Shown here: positions 11,481 to 25,827 of the stretch, one piece after another
How positions within the stretch are numbered: the stretch's first letter is position 1
How the letters are laid out: every line of letters begins with the position of its first letter
Origin: Felis catus
Lineage: Eukaryota
Direction: 5' to 3'
DNA: 60,000 nucleotides
NCBI RefSeq assembly: GCF_018350175.1
Contig: NC_058369.1
Coordinates: forward strand, 4,590,001-4,650,000
Translations under genes and position numbers: made by a program
Notes under the pieces: generated by a model
The model's database searches: none
Seen by the model: only the letters and a program-made list of their open reading frames with translations
What the model was told of the DNA's origin: nothing

Positions 11481-12119
11481 CAGCTGACCTTCACTGTCCA
11501 TGCGTTCCATATTTATGAATTTGGCCACTCACTATAATGTATTTATACACCGAAAGTCACCACTCGTGGCTTTCGCATTCATTCACAGACACGCACAGAG
11601 TGGTGAAAAGTTTTGAGTCGCGAGTTTCCTGACGCACTTGTTCTCAGCTGATGCAGAGCAAGGTGAGGCTCTGCCTTCTGGGCTCAGCTGTCAGGGTGCA
11701 AACAGGTATCCTTCCTGTGGTATATTTAGTGCCATGGTTTTCACATCTTTGTGCTCTTTGTTGGCGATCTTACTATCTGAAAGAGCCCCAAGCATGATGC
11801 CGAAGTGCGGTGCGGGGCCTAAGCACAGGAAGGCTGGGACGTGCCTTACAAAGAAAATACATTCGTTAGATGAAGCTTGGCTCAGGCAGTTGGCTGAGTT
11901 CAATGTTAACGAATCCACGGTGTACGTTAAATAAGGTGCATGCAGACACCACACCCAACACAAGGCTATGTGTCAATCAGCTGGTGAACATGTTGTGACC
12001 ACAGGCTTCAGGCACCCAACCCTATATTCCCCTCCCCCTTCCAACACTGCTCCGTTTTCCCTAATTCGATTGGGGGTGACCTTACAGAACACAACCATTG
12101 AGAAAACGAAAATGAACCG
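11481..12119 (+). mobile_element. MER82-like TcMar-Tigger DNA transposon
   Basis: Colinear with the recalled MER82 consensus (gaaaagttttgagtcgc, tatttagtgccatgg, gagttcaatgttaacgaatc). Confidence 0.8.
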
Positions 12120-12378
12120 TACACCCACAGACTGGACTGTTATCCAGTCATAACAAGGAATGAAGCATGGACATACGACAACACGGATGAACCTCAAAAA
12201 CGTTAACACTAACCAAAAGAAGCCAGAAATGAGAGGACACATATTACAGGGTTTCTTTCATAAGAAGTGGCTGGAAAGGGTAAACCCACAGAAGAGAAAG
12301 CAGGTTAGAGAAGGGGAGAATGAGGAGATGAAAAGTTGGGATTAACTATATGTGAGTTTCACCTCAAAAAAAATTTTT

Positions 12379-12600
12379 GGGGGGCACCTGGGTGGCTCAG
12401 TCGGTTGAGCATCCGACTTCAGCTCAGGTCATGATCTCACAGTCCATGAGTTCGATCCCAGCGGCAGGTTCTGTGCTGACAGCTCAGAGCCTGGAGCCTG
12501 CTTCAGATTCTGTGTCTCCCTCTCTCTCTGCCCCTTCCCCGCTCATGCCCTGTCTCTCTGTCTCTCAAAATTGAATAAATGTTAAAAAAAAAAAAAAAAT
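12379..12600 (+). mobile_element. CAN-SINE
   Basis: Full-length with A tail. Confidence 0.93.
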
Positions 12601-12624
12601 TAACAACAAAAACAAATTTTCTTT

Positions 12625-13345
12625 GACAAATGTGGTATCACATTTGGTCCTGGTTCCTGGCACAGATCTCCAAAACCCTTGGAATGTCCTGAGTGACAGA
12701 GGCATCTTTGATTCTCATGAGACAACTCTTGGTGGCCCCTAGACGGGGTTGGCTGGATGGGGCTGGTTACCAGAAAGGCCAAGCCTTGATTAGACACTTG
12801 GATCTTTCAGCCCCAACCCAATCTCCAGAGAAGGGTGAGGGGCCGAAGGCTGAGTTAGTCACCAAGGGCCAATGATGTTAATCAATCATGCCTGCATACT
12901 GAAACCTCCATAAAAACCCATAACCAATGGGGTTTGGAAAGCACAGGAGGTGCCAGGAGGGTGGCACGTCCTGGGAGGGCATGGAAACCCTGCACCCCCA
13001 CCCTATACACCTCTTCCAGCTGGCTGTTCCTGAATCGTATCCCTTACAGTAAGCTGGCAACAGTCAGTAAAACAGTTTATCAGAGTTTTCTGAGCCGTTC
13101 TAGCAAATCATGGAACCTGAGCAGGGGCGTCATGGGCACCAGCCAGTCTGAAGTATGGGAGACGGATGCTTCAACTGGCATTTGGAGTGGGGGCAGTCCC
13201 ACGGGACCAAGTCCTTAACCTGGGGGCCTCTACGAGTTCAGAGTAGGTAGTGTCAGAATTGAATCAAACTGGAGGACACCCAACCAGTGTCCGGAGAATC
13301 GGAGCTGGAGAAGTGGTGTTGGAAAGGACAACTCTCGTTTGGGTC
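12625..13345 (+). mobile_element. MER21-like solo LTR
   Basis: ggttcctggcacagatctccaaaacccttggaat, gccaatgatgttaatcaatcatgcct and gaaacctccataaaaaccc. Confidence 0.75.
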
Positions 13346-16014
13346 AGAAGTGGCGTTAGTAAAAATGCTCAACAATGCATAGATCTCACTTTTGCGCTAA
13401 GACAAATCTTCCCGCCTCGCCCACCTCACGGCACCATTTTTTCCCCTTTCGGGAAAGGAGTGCTTTATCTGCAAAAGAACACACTGCCAACAGGTCAAAC
13501 AGAATGTGGCCTCGCCCAAGTGCCAGTGCCAAACCCCACATAAAGTAGAATGCCTTCACTTCACCGACAGTGCCATACATCCGGGGTCACGTGTGGCTAA
13601 AGCCCCTCACGCTTACACAAGAAAGTGTCCTGTGCCTGACAAAGTGCCTTTCCCTGCTGTGGGCACAGATCCACTGTGCTCACCGGGGAAGCCAATCGCC
13701 ATCTTTCTTCGTCTCTGGAACGGTGACTCCCTCTGGGCAGGTGGGTCTCAGAGGCCGCTTTCTCAACCCGCCTTTCTTACACAGATCAACCAGAAGGCGA
13801 GGACACCACCTCACCAGCGGCAGTAACAACGCACACCTGGAAATGCTCGGCGTGTGCTGGGCGCTGGGCCGAGCACTTGCCTTCCATCTCCGAATCTCCC
13901 TACCAGCCCTGAGAGGCAGGCACAACTAGGAGCCCCATCGAGCGGACGGAGAAACTGAGGCCCAGGGAGGGGACCTGTCCACTCCCCCTCTGCTTGCTAT
14001 CTCAAAGATCAACTCACCACACCTACAGCTGAGGAGGAACCAAACGCAACCCTTGCCTACGTCAGGGTGGAAAAGCCATCAGGACACCCGCTCACAACCA
14101 CCCTGCTTCAACCAGTACTCCGAACCTACGGGAGCTCCTTTCAGGGTTAACCGGCGTCTACTTTCCCACAACCGTCTGATCTTCACAAAGCTACTAAAGC
14201 AGAGACCGATGTTCGGATATCTGCAGAACACAATACATAAAACCCTGTCCCCGTCGCACAGATGTGAGCAACCAGCGGGATTTGTGAACAGTGGACATCC
14301 TAGGTCATGCCTGTCTTGGGTATTTATGCAACACGTGTACATCCATGATCACAGGCTTGCTGGCTCAATCCCAGCTCTGCCAATTACCGCGTGGCCTTCA
14401 CCACACGACTGGGTACCCAGGAGCCCCTTCATCCAGAGACTGGGGCGGCGATGACCTTCCTCCGTGACTCATCTGGAGACTCGGTAAGTACCTGCTGTGC
14501 AGAGCACCTGGCCCAGGGCGCACGCCTCAGGGGACCTGTAACTGGGCTTGTCCCCAGGCCCCTCCCACAGTGGGCCTCGATTCCTGGGTTTTCTCAGTGC
14601 AGGGCTGCCCTCTAGAGCTCTGGGGACAACACCTCCTCCAGGAACGGAGGAGACCAGCATCCGTCCTGAGCAGAACAACCTGCACTTCTGCTAATAGGCT
14701 CACAGCGGCCCTTCCGCCCCGGGCACACAAACCTCTGCAGGAATTGGTCAGACCAGGAACCCCTAAGAACAGGACCTTCCTTTTTTTTTTTTTTAACAGA
14801 AAAAACTAGCCGCACAAAAACAGAGTTCAAAGGAAAACACGAGCCCAAACTTGAAAAACCTACTATACCTATAATGAGAGAATCATACCGTAAGTAAATC
14901 ATACCTCAAGGAACTGGACTCGAACAAAAACTCTTAACCTGAAACCAGAGGCTGCCCTGGCTTGCTGGAGGCCCAGGGGCAGTGAGCTGCACGTGTGCGC
15001 CCTCTAAAGGGGCATCTGGGGACGTGGCGACATGCAGGGCGGGGCAAAGGAACCGGGAATAGAAGCTCCAGGAGCCGGGGTCCCACCCCGCCCTTGTAAA
15101 ACACACGGGAGCACGCGCACACACACACCTGCTCACCCCAAATAAGAAAGCCTAGGGATCCCGAAAGAGCACGCGGGGATGCAGGACACCCTCAGAGAGG
15201 CCCTCTCTGCTTCCTCAATGCCCCAGTGTAGCCGAGGGTGCTGGGCCCGGGAGGGACAAGTCCTATGGCCACAGGGTCACCGGGAATACCTCGGGGAACC
15301 CAGTCCAGGAAGTCTGGACGCAAGGCTCACTTGAGATACATGAGCTCAAGGCTCGTGTACCACGAGATACGGGAGAGGCAGTGACCCACAGGGCGGACCT
15401 CTCTGTGGCCCCTATGCGGGTGGGCAGGTCGCACCTGCTCAGTCTGGGTTTCAGAGCACCTGGGGCTTCGGCTTGGGGCTGGCCTAGGTCTCCCCCACTG
15501 CACCGCATGAGGCTGAGAAGCAGGGCTGAACAAAAGCACCAACCCTGCTCTGCCCTACCCCAACACCCCCAGACATGCAGCCAGCCCCACAAAGCCACCT
15601 GCTGAGCCAGGGCACTGCAAAGGCCAGGCACTTGATCCTCCCTCCAAGGGCTCCCTAGCTGCCCTCCCATACGTGGTCTGACATTCCACAAACGCAGGGT
15701 GACCACTCGGCCTGGAGGGACTGTCTGGAATGCAGTCCTTACGCAGACCAAAACGTCAGAAGGGACAGACGTGGCTCTTCTCTGGGACAAGTGTTCTTAA
15801 ATGATCTCCCGCCGTTCTGCAGTGAACTTCACGCGATCCCAAGTGGTGGACGTGCCAGAGGGGAGAAAACACTGGGTCATCTCGGCTCTGCACCAACCTC
15901 CTGTGCAAGCTGGAACAGAAGACACCCTCTCTGGGCCTCAGAGTCCTCAATGGTCTCGAGGGAGACAAAGGGGTCTGACTGCAGCCTCAAAACCAGAAAA
16001 AAAAATGCTTCTGA

Positions 16015-16590
16015 GAGAAACAACCCAAGTGTCCGTCGATGGGTGAACGGATCAAGAAAACACAGGGTGTGTGCGCGCACGTGGATACACATACACATAC
16101 ACACACAGAGGAATGTCATTTGGGTTTAAAGAAGAAGGAAATCCTTCATGGATGAACCTGGAGAGAGTATGTGAAGTGAAATAAGCCAGACAGAGAAAGA
16201 CAAATCCCACATGGTATCACTTATAGGTGGAACCTGAAAAGACAAGGAAATCATAGAAACAGAGTAGAAAGTAGTTATCAGGGACTGGGGAGCGGGAAGT
16301 GGGGAGATGGTCGATCAAAGGGTACAGACGTTCAATTGTAAGATGAACAGGGTCCGGGGACCTGGGTGTGATGCGGTGACGAGGCTGACAACGCCAGCAT
16401 TAGCTCAAATTTGCTAAGAGTAGAACTTAAAAGTTCTCACTCCAAAAAAAACAGGGCATGTAAGGTGACGCATGTGTTAAGTCAACGGGGAAAATCTTCT
16501 CACAACTGTGCGGATGCCAAATCATCACGTGGTGCACTCAAATGTCTTACAATTTCATTCGTCAGTTATACCTCAGTGAAGCCGAAGAAA
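16015..16590 (+). mobile_element. L1 3' end remnant
   Basis: caacccaagtgtcc, gaaataagccagacagagaaagacaaat and ttgctaagagtagaacttaaaagttctcac. Confidence 0.85.
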
Positions 16591-18132
16591 ACAAAGTGCT
16601 TCTGGGTCCCGCAGTAATCGGCAGCCCCAGGGGAGCAGTCCTTGCGTGGGCCCGTGGGCTAGCGCAGCTCCCAGTGAGGGCAGGAAGCAGCCGAGAGCCC
16701 GGTGGGGGAGACAGCGAGGGCTGGGGTCACAAATGCTGAGCAACCACCCCTCCTCCAGGGGGCGAGCCACTGGGGAAGGCTCCACTCGGCTCGCCAAGAA
16801 GCTGGAGCAGTTCTGGATGGCCCCCGCGGCCCCTCCCAGCTGCCAAAGCTCCTCTGGGGCTACGTGGGCACTGAGCAGCGTCCCGCACCCGGCAGGAGAG
16901 GCCTGGGGCAGCGACGGGCGCTAACAGAGGCGGCAAAAGCCACCACAGGAGAAGTGCCAGCTGAGGCACAGGCACCACGCACCCCTGCCTCTCGCCAACG
17001 TTTGTCTCTCACCAAGAAAACCCGGGGAGCAGCAAGGGGTCCCCGGGCCAGGGGAGAAGCTCTGCGAGCCGGTGCCACCGACACAGCAACGTACAGCCTC
17101 TGGGTGGGACCCCCTCCCCCGGGCCAAGCCCCAGCCTCCTGGCAGAACCTTGGGGGCTCTGGCAGGCTGAGCGGGCACCACCGGGGTCCAGGTGGCTGCA
17201 AACACAGCTCCCGGTAAGGAGGGGAGGGTGTGCGTGTCAGGGACCAGACAGCAGACAGGTCAGTTTCGGCGAACACAAAAGCCTTGCTGGACCGTGGGAC
17301 CCCAGACTGCTTCTGAACCTCAAAGGAACTAATCCGCGCAACCCAGAGATTTAACTGGCCACGGGCTCCCATACCACCCACCCTGCAGAATAACCAGTGT
17401 GCACAAATGCCAAGAGCTTTCTGCAGATGGCCGCGGTCTCCCCAGCCAGTCAGCGGGCGGCTATCATCATCCCCTACACACAGGCTTCCCCCAGGGAGCT
17501 GAGAGGCCAGCGACACCTGCCCAGAGACTCACCCTGGCGTCAGTCCCCGCCCCTTCTCCACACTCCCGGAGCAGTGAGAGGCCTCCCGACGCACGACGTC
17601 GGAAGACCGCCCTGCGGCTTGCTGCACGGCCCAGCCAGCGCCGGGCGGCATCGCGCCCCTATCCCCTGCCTCAGCCCCTGCTGAACAGACACGGAGCCTC
17701 TGCCCATGCAGACAGGCTGGCCTCTTCTCTCTAGAGTGGCCGGTCACCGGGCCTCTCGGGTCTTGATTCCCTGAAAGCCTCAGGACGACCCAGGCTACTA
17801 TGACCGCGGGGCCCAAGAGGGCCCGCAGCCCAGTCCCACCGAGTCACGCCCGCTGAAATGGCACTTGGCTCCCGGCGGGCCAGCACACCTGAGCACCGTT
17901 CCCAGAGCCCTTGATGCCTGGTGGATTGCAGAACAGCCAGGTACAAGCAAGGGGCCCACTAAGCAAGTGGTGGCTTCCCAGGGAGATGTCCTTCCTGAAG
18001 GAAGGCAGAGCTGCCAGCAGCCAGTCTAGCTAAAGCTCACCATGGCCTCTTGGTGGCGCCTGTGAGGAGCAGAGGCAGGCTGCCAGGAAGGCTCTTTTTA
18101 ATTACTGGGCTCAAAAAAAAAAAAAAAAAAAA

Positions 18133-18445
18133 GCTATGATCTGAATGTGTCCCCCCAAAACTCCTACGTCGAGTCCTAAGCCCCAAAGGTGACAGACTGA
18201 GGAGGTGGGACCCACCCTCACGAATGGGATGAGTGTTCTCATAAAGGAGACCCCACGGACCCCTTGTGCCATCCACATGAGGACATGGCGAGAAGTCTGG
18301 GACCCAGGAGAAGGCCCCCCCTGACCAAGTGGCCACCGTGATCTTGGACTTCCAGCCTCCAGAACTGTCAACGGTAAATTTCTGTTGTTTATGAGCCATC
18401 CAGGCTGTGGTATTTACTTACAGCAGCACAAATGGAATAAAACTA
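18133..18445 (+). mobile_element. MaLR MLT1A-like solo LTR
   Basis: gctatgatctgaatgtgtcccc at the start; ttggacttccagcctccagaactg and aaatttctgttgtttatgagcc near the end. Confidence 0.85.
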
Positions 18446-19036
18446 TAAAAACACATACACCCATAGCGTCTAGAAAATACACACGGAGGGAAAGAAAACA
18501 ACAACCCTTTACAGTCCTTCCACCCAGAACACCATTTTCAACACTTCTGGTCAACTTCATTCCTTTTGTCTAGAAATACCACACATAAAGTTGCTTTTTT
18601 CACCCAACAATATTCAACACCTTCCTCATCCCAGCAGGTCACTGAAGCTTCCGCTAAGAGGCACCGAAAGCACATCCGCCCAGTCGCCTGCCGTCGGACA
18701 GTCAGGTGACTTTGCATGCCGGCCCCTGCTCACGGCCCAGGTACCGACCCTCCAAGACCACGCACGAACTCTGGCCCCGTCACGGCATGTCACTGCCGAC
18801 TCGGGGGCCGCACGCACCTTCAGGGCAGCTGAACGGGACGTGGCCCGGCTGCTCCCCAAGAAGGCCACGTGCACCTGCGCCCCCAGCCCCCGCCTCCCAC
18901 GCGAGATGGACGTGCCAGCGCTCTGACTCGGGCGTCCGCTCCCAGGGCTTCCAACACCCCGCCGCGCGTGCGTCACCGGCTCCACCTCCTCTTTGGTGAA
19001 CTGTGTGTCCTTCTCACTGCCGTCCCCGGATCCTAC

Positions 19037-19119
19037 CTTGTTTTTGAAGTACACCTCGATGGGCATGATGAAGCCAGCGTAACCCGACTCCTCCACTTTG
19101 TAAGGGGGCTCCTTGCACA
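19037..19119 (-). CDS. MLLT1: MLLT1 exon 3 (83 bp), YEATS domain
   Basis: ttctttttag|TGTGCAAG...AACAAG|gtagga. Phase matches exon 2; reads (V)[27 protein letters not shown] with Y78 and F81. Exon 4 was not found in the window. Confidence 0.98.
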
Positions 19120-21829
19120 CTAAAAAGAAAGGGAAACGCATCATCAGCTTCCTGCACATCCAAAAGCCCGGCCGCAGGCGGCGGTAAAGCACGCAGCCCC
19201 TCCACACCTCCCCTCCGGGGCTCAGCTGGCCTCACGGGACTGCGGGGCTTTCCGGGAGGCCAGCTCCCCCGGGAGTGTCAAATCCCATGGAATTCGAAGC
19301 ATCACAGGGCACAGGAGGATCAGAGTGGGAGAAAGGTGACCCCATCGCGGAAGTAGAGCAGCAGAGGGGCACGGGAAGGGGCGCGACACCAGCTGAGACG
19401 GGGGAGCCACTGCCGGCCACAGGCCGCTCAAGTCCAACCGAATCAGGGCAGTGAGCGTAACTTGGGTGAGGTGCCAACCCCGTGGGGCCCCAGCATCCCA
19501 GGCAGGGCGGTGTCCACCACCTTCCACCGCTCCCTCACACCCGTGAACCGAGGCCCAGCTGGGCGCCAGCGCACAGGCGCGGGGAGATGGGAGACAGTGA
19601 CGGTGGGTCTAAGCTGGGACTCTCCTGGGTTCTATTTTAGTGCTGAACAAAGGCATTCCCAAGTGACTGGACAGAGATTCGTTAACCTCAGAGGCTGAAA
19701 AGAAAAAAAAGCTGAAACTAAAAAGAACAGCAAAGTACAAGCAAAATGACCTCCAGCAATCTTACCCTCCGGAACAAACCTCAATGTTTTGACATGCGTG
19801 CTGTCATGAAAATACCGTTCTCCCGCTTTTAAGAAAAACCAGCACAGTACAGGTCAAATCTCCTGGTCCTCCACCCCTCCCTCTCCAGAGGCAATCACTA
19901 TTGGAAGGCAGGAAAACATCCCGTCAATCGTGAGAAACAATTATGCACACCTCTGCCCCGGTCAGGTAATTCTTAAGTGGGCCAGAAATTGCTGGAAAAA
20001 ACAGTGCATGGAAAAAAATGAAAGCGGGCTTTTTAAAATGAAAACATTGTAAGATTTTTCTTAAAAAAAATCTTTTAAGCTCTCAAATCATCAAATATCA
20101 GATCTCAAATATCTCGAGTCTCCCCTAACCCAAAAACTGGCCAATGGGGTAGATTTGGAACAGGCCATCATAGGCAGGGCAGCCTTGCATGGGACCCCGG
20201 GTTGCAAACCACAGGGGAGCAGGGGAGGGGTTCGTGGCTCAGGCCTCACAGAGAGCAGTCTGGAGCTACAAGGACAGCTGAGGGGTAAGAGCTGGCCTTG
20301 GCTCCCTCCACCCCATCCCACCCTCCCTATGAGGCCGGCTACCGTCTCCCCAGCGGTGTGCTCACTCGGCACTCTGGGGGCCAGTCCCCACTCCCCGCTG
20401 TACGAAAAGCACATGGCTGGTAAACGAGGCTTACTCAACTGGACTGGCCTCCCCAGTGGTGTCGGGGAAGGGGGCTCCCTGAACAGTCCCAAGACATGCC
20501 ACAGCGCACAGCACAGCCTCCTGGAGGCCAGCAGTAGCCCTGGCTGCCTCTGAACCCTGCACCCTGAACACCGTCACTGACACCAGGGTCTACACCTGAA
20601 TCATCACTGCCACCAAACACAGCAGTGACTGCATTCACTCGTGTACTCTACACCATTTACGTCGGGCACCGTCAGGTGCTGGGATGATGACAGAGGCCAT
20701 GAGAACGTCTCTGGTCCGTTGCGGGTTTCTCTGGGTGTCACCACCCTCTGTCTGACAGTCAGCCCACCTAGAAGTATGGAGCAGCCCTGCCCCCAGGAAA
20801 CAGGCGGTGACCCTGGTAGCCTGGGACACTGTCACAGGTGAGCTCAGCAACAAATCTCTATTCCAGCCAGTCTCCTTCTGCTCCTCGGATATCCTCCTGT
20901 AGGTGCTGGATGGGAAGCTCAGGTGTAGCCGACCCCAAGACACCTCTTTACCTCCCCCTTAAACCTGTATCGCCCAGCATCCACGCTCAGGACGCGAGCT
21001 GCCCACCACTCACCCAAGGCCGCACGGTCAGCCCGACTCCTCCCTCTCCCAAGGTCACCCAAGTGCTATCATGTCTGCCTCCAAAACACCCTAGAATGTA
21101 CCCCACCGCCCCAACGTCCTGTACTATTGCTCCAGCCCAGGCACCCTGCCTCTCTCACATGGGTTACCACCAGCGCACTAGCCGTTCTGCCTCGGGCTCA
21201 CTCCCAGGATCTTCTGCACAGGCAGCTGTAATGATCATTCTGAAGTGTGAACCGGACCGGGTCCCCTGATGGCACCCCACTGCCCTCAGGACCAACTTCA
21301 AGCCCCTCCATGGGGCCGCAAGGTGTTTTGTCACCTCCAGCCTCACCTCTCATCAGCCTGGCCTCAGGTCCCCTAAGACCCAGCCACAGTGACCCTCTCA
21401 CATCATGGATCACTTCCTTCTAATGACCTCATTTTGAAACTGGGGAGCCACTCCCTAACCAGAAGCCTGCTGGTCAACAGAACCCACCCTGACTTACAAA
21501 GAGCTGTCAATAACAGTTCCCATCCACCTGCAGCGAAGAGCCCAAAGAAACAGGAAAAATCTGGAGACTACAGGAGAACTTGGGGAAAATTAAAAAAAAA
21601 AATTTTAAACCAACAAACTAGAGCCAACGTCCTTAGATCCCAGATATGCCCAACAAATAAAAACAAGACATCTAAAAAGGGACAATTAGAGAGTAGGAAG
21701 GGGCTCTTAGATGTTACAAATATACCACTTACAATTTTATAATTCAATGGAAAGACAAAGTTGAGACTGTAGAACAAAAAGACACATTTTTAAAGGTGAG
21801 ATGTAAGAAAACAATTCAGATTAAACAAA

Positions 21830-21995
21830 CACTAATAGCAACTGATATTTATAAAGTACCTACTGTGTGCCAGGCACTATTCTTAGCACTATTCTATACA
21901 TATTAGCTCATTTAATCCTTAAGACAACCTTGTGACACAAATACAATTGTTTCTGTTTTACACAGGAAAATATTTGAGCATAGAGAAGTTAGGTA
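21830..21995 (-). mobile_element. MIR
   Basis: tactgtgtgccaggcactattct and ctcatttaatcct. Confidence 0.7.
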
Positions 21996-24900
21996 AAGAA
22001 GCATCCCAGGAAGAAGAAAGAGAAAATAGACATTGTCAAAGAAGTAGAAGAAAACTTTTCTGAGCTAAAAATGAAGAACACCAAACATCCAACGCTAAGA
22101 ACAACAAGAAGAGCCTAGAAATAATGCTATAAAAAATATTCTAAATGTTTCTAGAGAAAAGCAAACAAACAAAACAGGTCCTCTGCAATAGCATGAGACC
22201 CTGATAGCAACAGACTCTTCAGAAGACAAAGAAGCGGTACTTTAAAAGCTCTAAGTGACAGTGATTCTCAAATTAAAATATTATACCCAACCAAACTATC
22301 AGTCACGTATGAGAACAGAACAGCCAGCACTTTCGAATATCCCAGGAGTCAGAGTTTATTTCCCACACACCTTTCTTTAGAAACTGTTTAAGTAATTAGT
22401 CTCTTAGGACATTACTCATTAGAAATTACTCCAGTAAAACAAGGCAAAACACCAGGTAATAAACAAATCCCTGGAAGAGAACAGTAAAATCCTGGGGTAA
22501 TAGCTACAGAGGTGGCCTTGAGAGCTGCCAGTCCTCATTAAAGGAGGAAGACAAAGAGAACCAGATCGGAATATCCAGGAGGGGGAAGAAACGCCACCAG
22601 ATAAAGGAAGTGATGGACAGAATATGAAAAAAATGCGGCTCTTCTGATGAAGACACAAGGCAAGGGGAAAAAAGGGAGAAGCAAATTTTTCACGAAGTTA
22701 CAGCCCAAACATGAGGCAAAGTAAACAGGGCTATGTTTTCACTAAGAATGATAAAAAGAACTCATCTGACCTTGACATGACCTTGAGTGGTCTCCTTGGA
22801 GTGGCCCAGGGCTCAGCGGATGAGTGGCATCCTGGCAACCCGACCAGCCTAGCAGTGAACAGACTCAATACAGTCACGACGGTGTGTGGTTTCCAGCGTC
22901 TAGAATTAACCCCTAATCTGGGAGCAGAAGTGCCCGTTTCAGTTCAACAGCCTTAACAAGGTCAAGTGTGGCTCCCAAAAGGAGGGGTATAAGGTTCAAG
23001 GGAAGACAGGGATGCTGACGTGTTTCTCTTCCCAGATGGAGAGGCAGAAAGCACTGACAAAAGCTGACAGGGCTGAAGAACCCATTCGCTCGCTCAGTAA
23101 ATAGTAAGCGCCTACGATACCTTTCAGCACCAGGGTCACGGCAGCAAACTAAAGCGAAACACAAACCTCTGCCTTGGGGGAGGAGGGAAGGTGGAAAATA
23201 CAAGTGATATGCACTCTATGCTAAGGTGGCTAAAGAGGGGAGAAAACAGAAAAAGGCTAAGAAGCGTGTGGCCGTGTGGGTGGTTAAAGAAAGAAACCAT
23301 GAGTTCGGCCCAGCAGCCAGAGCTCTTTCCAAAACGGCGACTGCAGCCTCTGCGGAGGATGCAAATGGTGAGCAGGTTGGGCTCCTCACTCAAGGTCACA
23401 AGACTCACAGAGATGACCACTGAAAAGATGGTCACTTACCCGCACAACATTGGAGGAGACGCTGGAGGAAGGGCGGGAGTTTGGGATAGAGCAGGTGAGT
23501 CAAAGACAGGGCTTCAGTGTGGAAGATCAAGAAGCAAGTAGCAAATCCAACGTTACTGCTCTAAGATGCGAGGGAAGGACAAACCCAGGAAGGGCCAGAG
23601 TGCCCCCGGGAGGGGTGACAGGTGTGGGACAGTAAGGGGAACTTCGTGCCCTGCACACCTCTGTTGGGTTTGTTATGAGCACATATTCGATTTAAAAAAT
23701 ACTTTTAAAGCCCATCAAGTGTAATTTCAGACAGCCCTGCCCCAAATTCTCTTTAACCTGATCCACGTTGCGCTGACAACTGGCAAGATGAGTTCTGTCC
23801 ACACAACACACAGGGAACTGGGCGTTTATCATCTGATACATTTGATGCAGCCGCTGTGTGTGGGCATCCGTCCGTCCGCACTCACAGGCAGACTTCGCAA
23901 CCAGCACGATTCAGCTACTGATTACACCTCTTCCCTTGATGCGCTCAGAGGGCGCACCCCACTCATCACCCCACTTCCCAAGTTCCTGGAGCTCAGAGGC
24001 TGTGCCGCTTCCATGTGACCACAGCGGCCCACTGGGCCTCTCCGAACCTCAGTGGACACATCTACCTTGCAGGGATTCTGGGAGGCCCCACGTCGCCGGG
24101 CTGTCGTGGCCCATGGCACAGAGCAAGGGCATGATAAACACAGACTGCCATTAACATTACTCCTGGTGGCTGCTTGCTTACTGGCCTGGTGGGGACAGAG
24201 ATGAAACACGCAGCTTACAGGTGGATGGACGGCACCCTGGGGCCACCCCAGAGAGAAAGGGAGAAGAGAGGGGAGGGCAATGGTGAAGGAGAACTGGAGA
24301 GGAGGCAGACCGAGGAAGCACGGAGGGCCCAGGCCAGAAGGCTGGCAGCCACAGACGGCACTCTGCTGCCAGCACAGGCACAACCTGAGCGAATGGGCGT
24401 ACCGGCCGCCAGTAACACGCTGCGGCACTGACCCAGCCCCTGGGCCCGTGTGCAGACCCTGCTTTAAAGCACAGGCTGTGTAGCCGGCCCGCTTGCACCT
24501 GCCCCCCATCTGTAAGGGGGGTGTGGGGAGACTGAACAGAGACCCCGCACAGGAAAAGAGCTTAGCAGAAAGTGCCCAGGAAACGCCATGGTTTATTATT
24601 ACTGAAGATGCTTTACAGACAGCTGCTGTTGTAGGAACCAGATCCACTCTCCTCCAGGATGCTCAGAAAGAAGGAAGAGGAGACAAGGTGAGGACCCAGG
24701 AAAGCAGAAATGAGGGAAGGGAATAAATGAGAGCCAATAGAAGAAACCAGAAGAAAAAAAAATGGCTACCACACCACTAGGACTCTCCAGCTGCCTTCCC
24801 TTGTGAACCAGAACTTTCTACATGTGTAACATACATCACTTCCCCAATAGACCACAAGTCACTTGCCGGCACAGGTCCAGGACCCCAGGGGATCCTACAA

Positions 24901-25827
24901 TGTGCTCCTGCTTCAGCCTGAGGCCATCCATGCCTGCTTATGGCTTGGCCCCATGGCCCCTGGCACTTGGGACGGAGGGCTCAGCAGTGGCTCTCACCAC
25001 GCTGAACTATTCTTCCAGCAAGAGGTCCTTCTCTCCTCTGTCAACACATCCATTCAAGAAACCATGTACTGGACCCCTGTGATGTACCACACCTCACCCA
25101 GGGGGCTCCGTAGTGAGAGCAGACACGGCCCCGGCCCCCACAGAGCTGACAAGACAGCCAACAGCTTCATTCCAAATTCCCCAGGAGTGTTCTCTGAGCC
25201 GCATAAACTGAGTTCCCATTCTCTGCCTCATCAGACTACAGGGCCACAGATAATCAAGATCTGTGCAGAATGCATGAATGAGGCACTTACTTCTGCCCAA
25301 GGAACGGCAGTCTGAGTGTGAAGGGGTGAAGCAGAGAAGGAAGACACGTAAGACAGCAGTAAAATGAGATTTTTGCCCCAAATATCATGGAATCCTTAAA
25401 ATGGCATCTCTCATCAACTGTAGGCCCAATAAGCAATTTCCTGATTACTCACCAGGTGGGTGTAAGTCGCCCTTCCCACCCACTGGCCTTCGGCTACGTT
25501 CTCTGGATGCTTCTCAGAGACCGAGTCTAAATAATGACACAAGACACAGTCACCACCTCCTTTGGCTTTTCTCTACAATGAATTCATCAACTGAAGGAAA
25601 GGCAGGCAGGAGGGAGGAGGACCATTTTAAGGTCGGAGAAGGGCCACATCTTGGCTGGGCACCTTCTCTCCAACACGGCGAGGGGGGCAAGCCAGAAGCT
25701 CCCAGAGTGTGGGCCCTGTTGCTCCTGGGGAGAGGATGGAGACGAGCCCTCCAAGGAGCGATGACACATGGGCGGTGGCACAGCCCTGAGCCCCGCAGGG
25801 CTGCCCAGCCAGGCTGGAGGCACTCAC

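Larger units (their letters stand above)
8080..12370 (+). mobile_element. Fragmented L1 ORF2 and 3' sequence, antisense to MLLT1, hosting SINEs and MER82
   Basis: A-rich L1 motifs (ctgataccaaagacagacaaagac, ccaggaatgcaaggg, cagattcaatgcaat, gacccagcaattccactcctagg) with many stops and indels. Confidence 0.85.

Noticed and set aside
18626..19207. 193-aa ORF as a standalone gene (likewise 25550-26032)
   Set aside because: Only the internal AG/GT-bounded exon matches ENL; the rest is intronic read-through.
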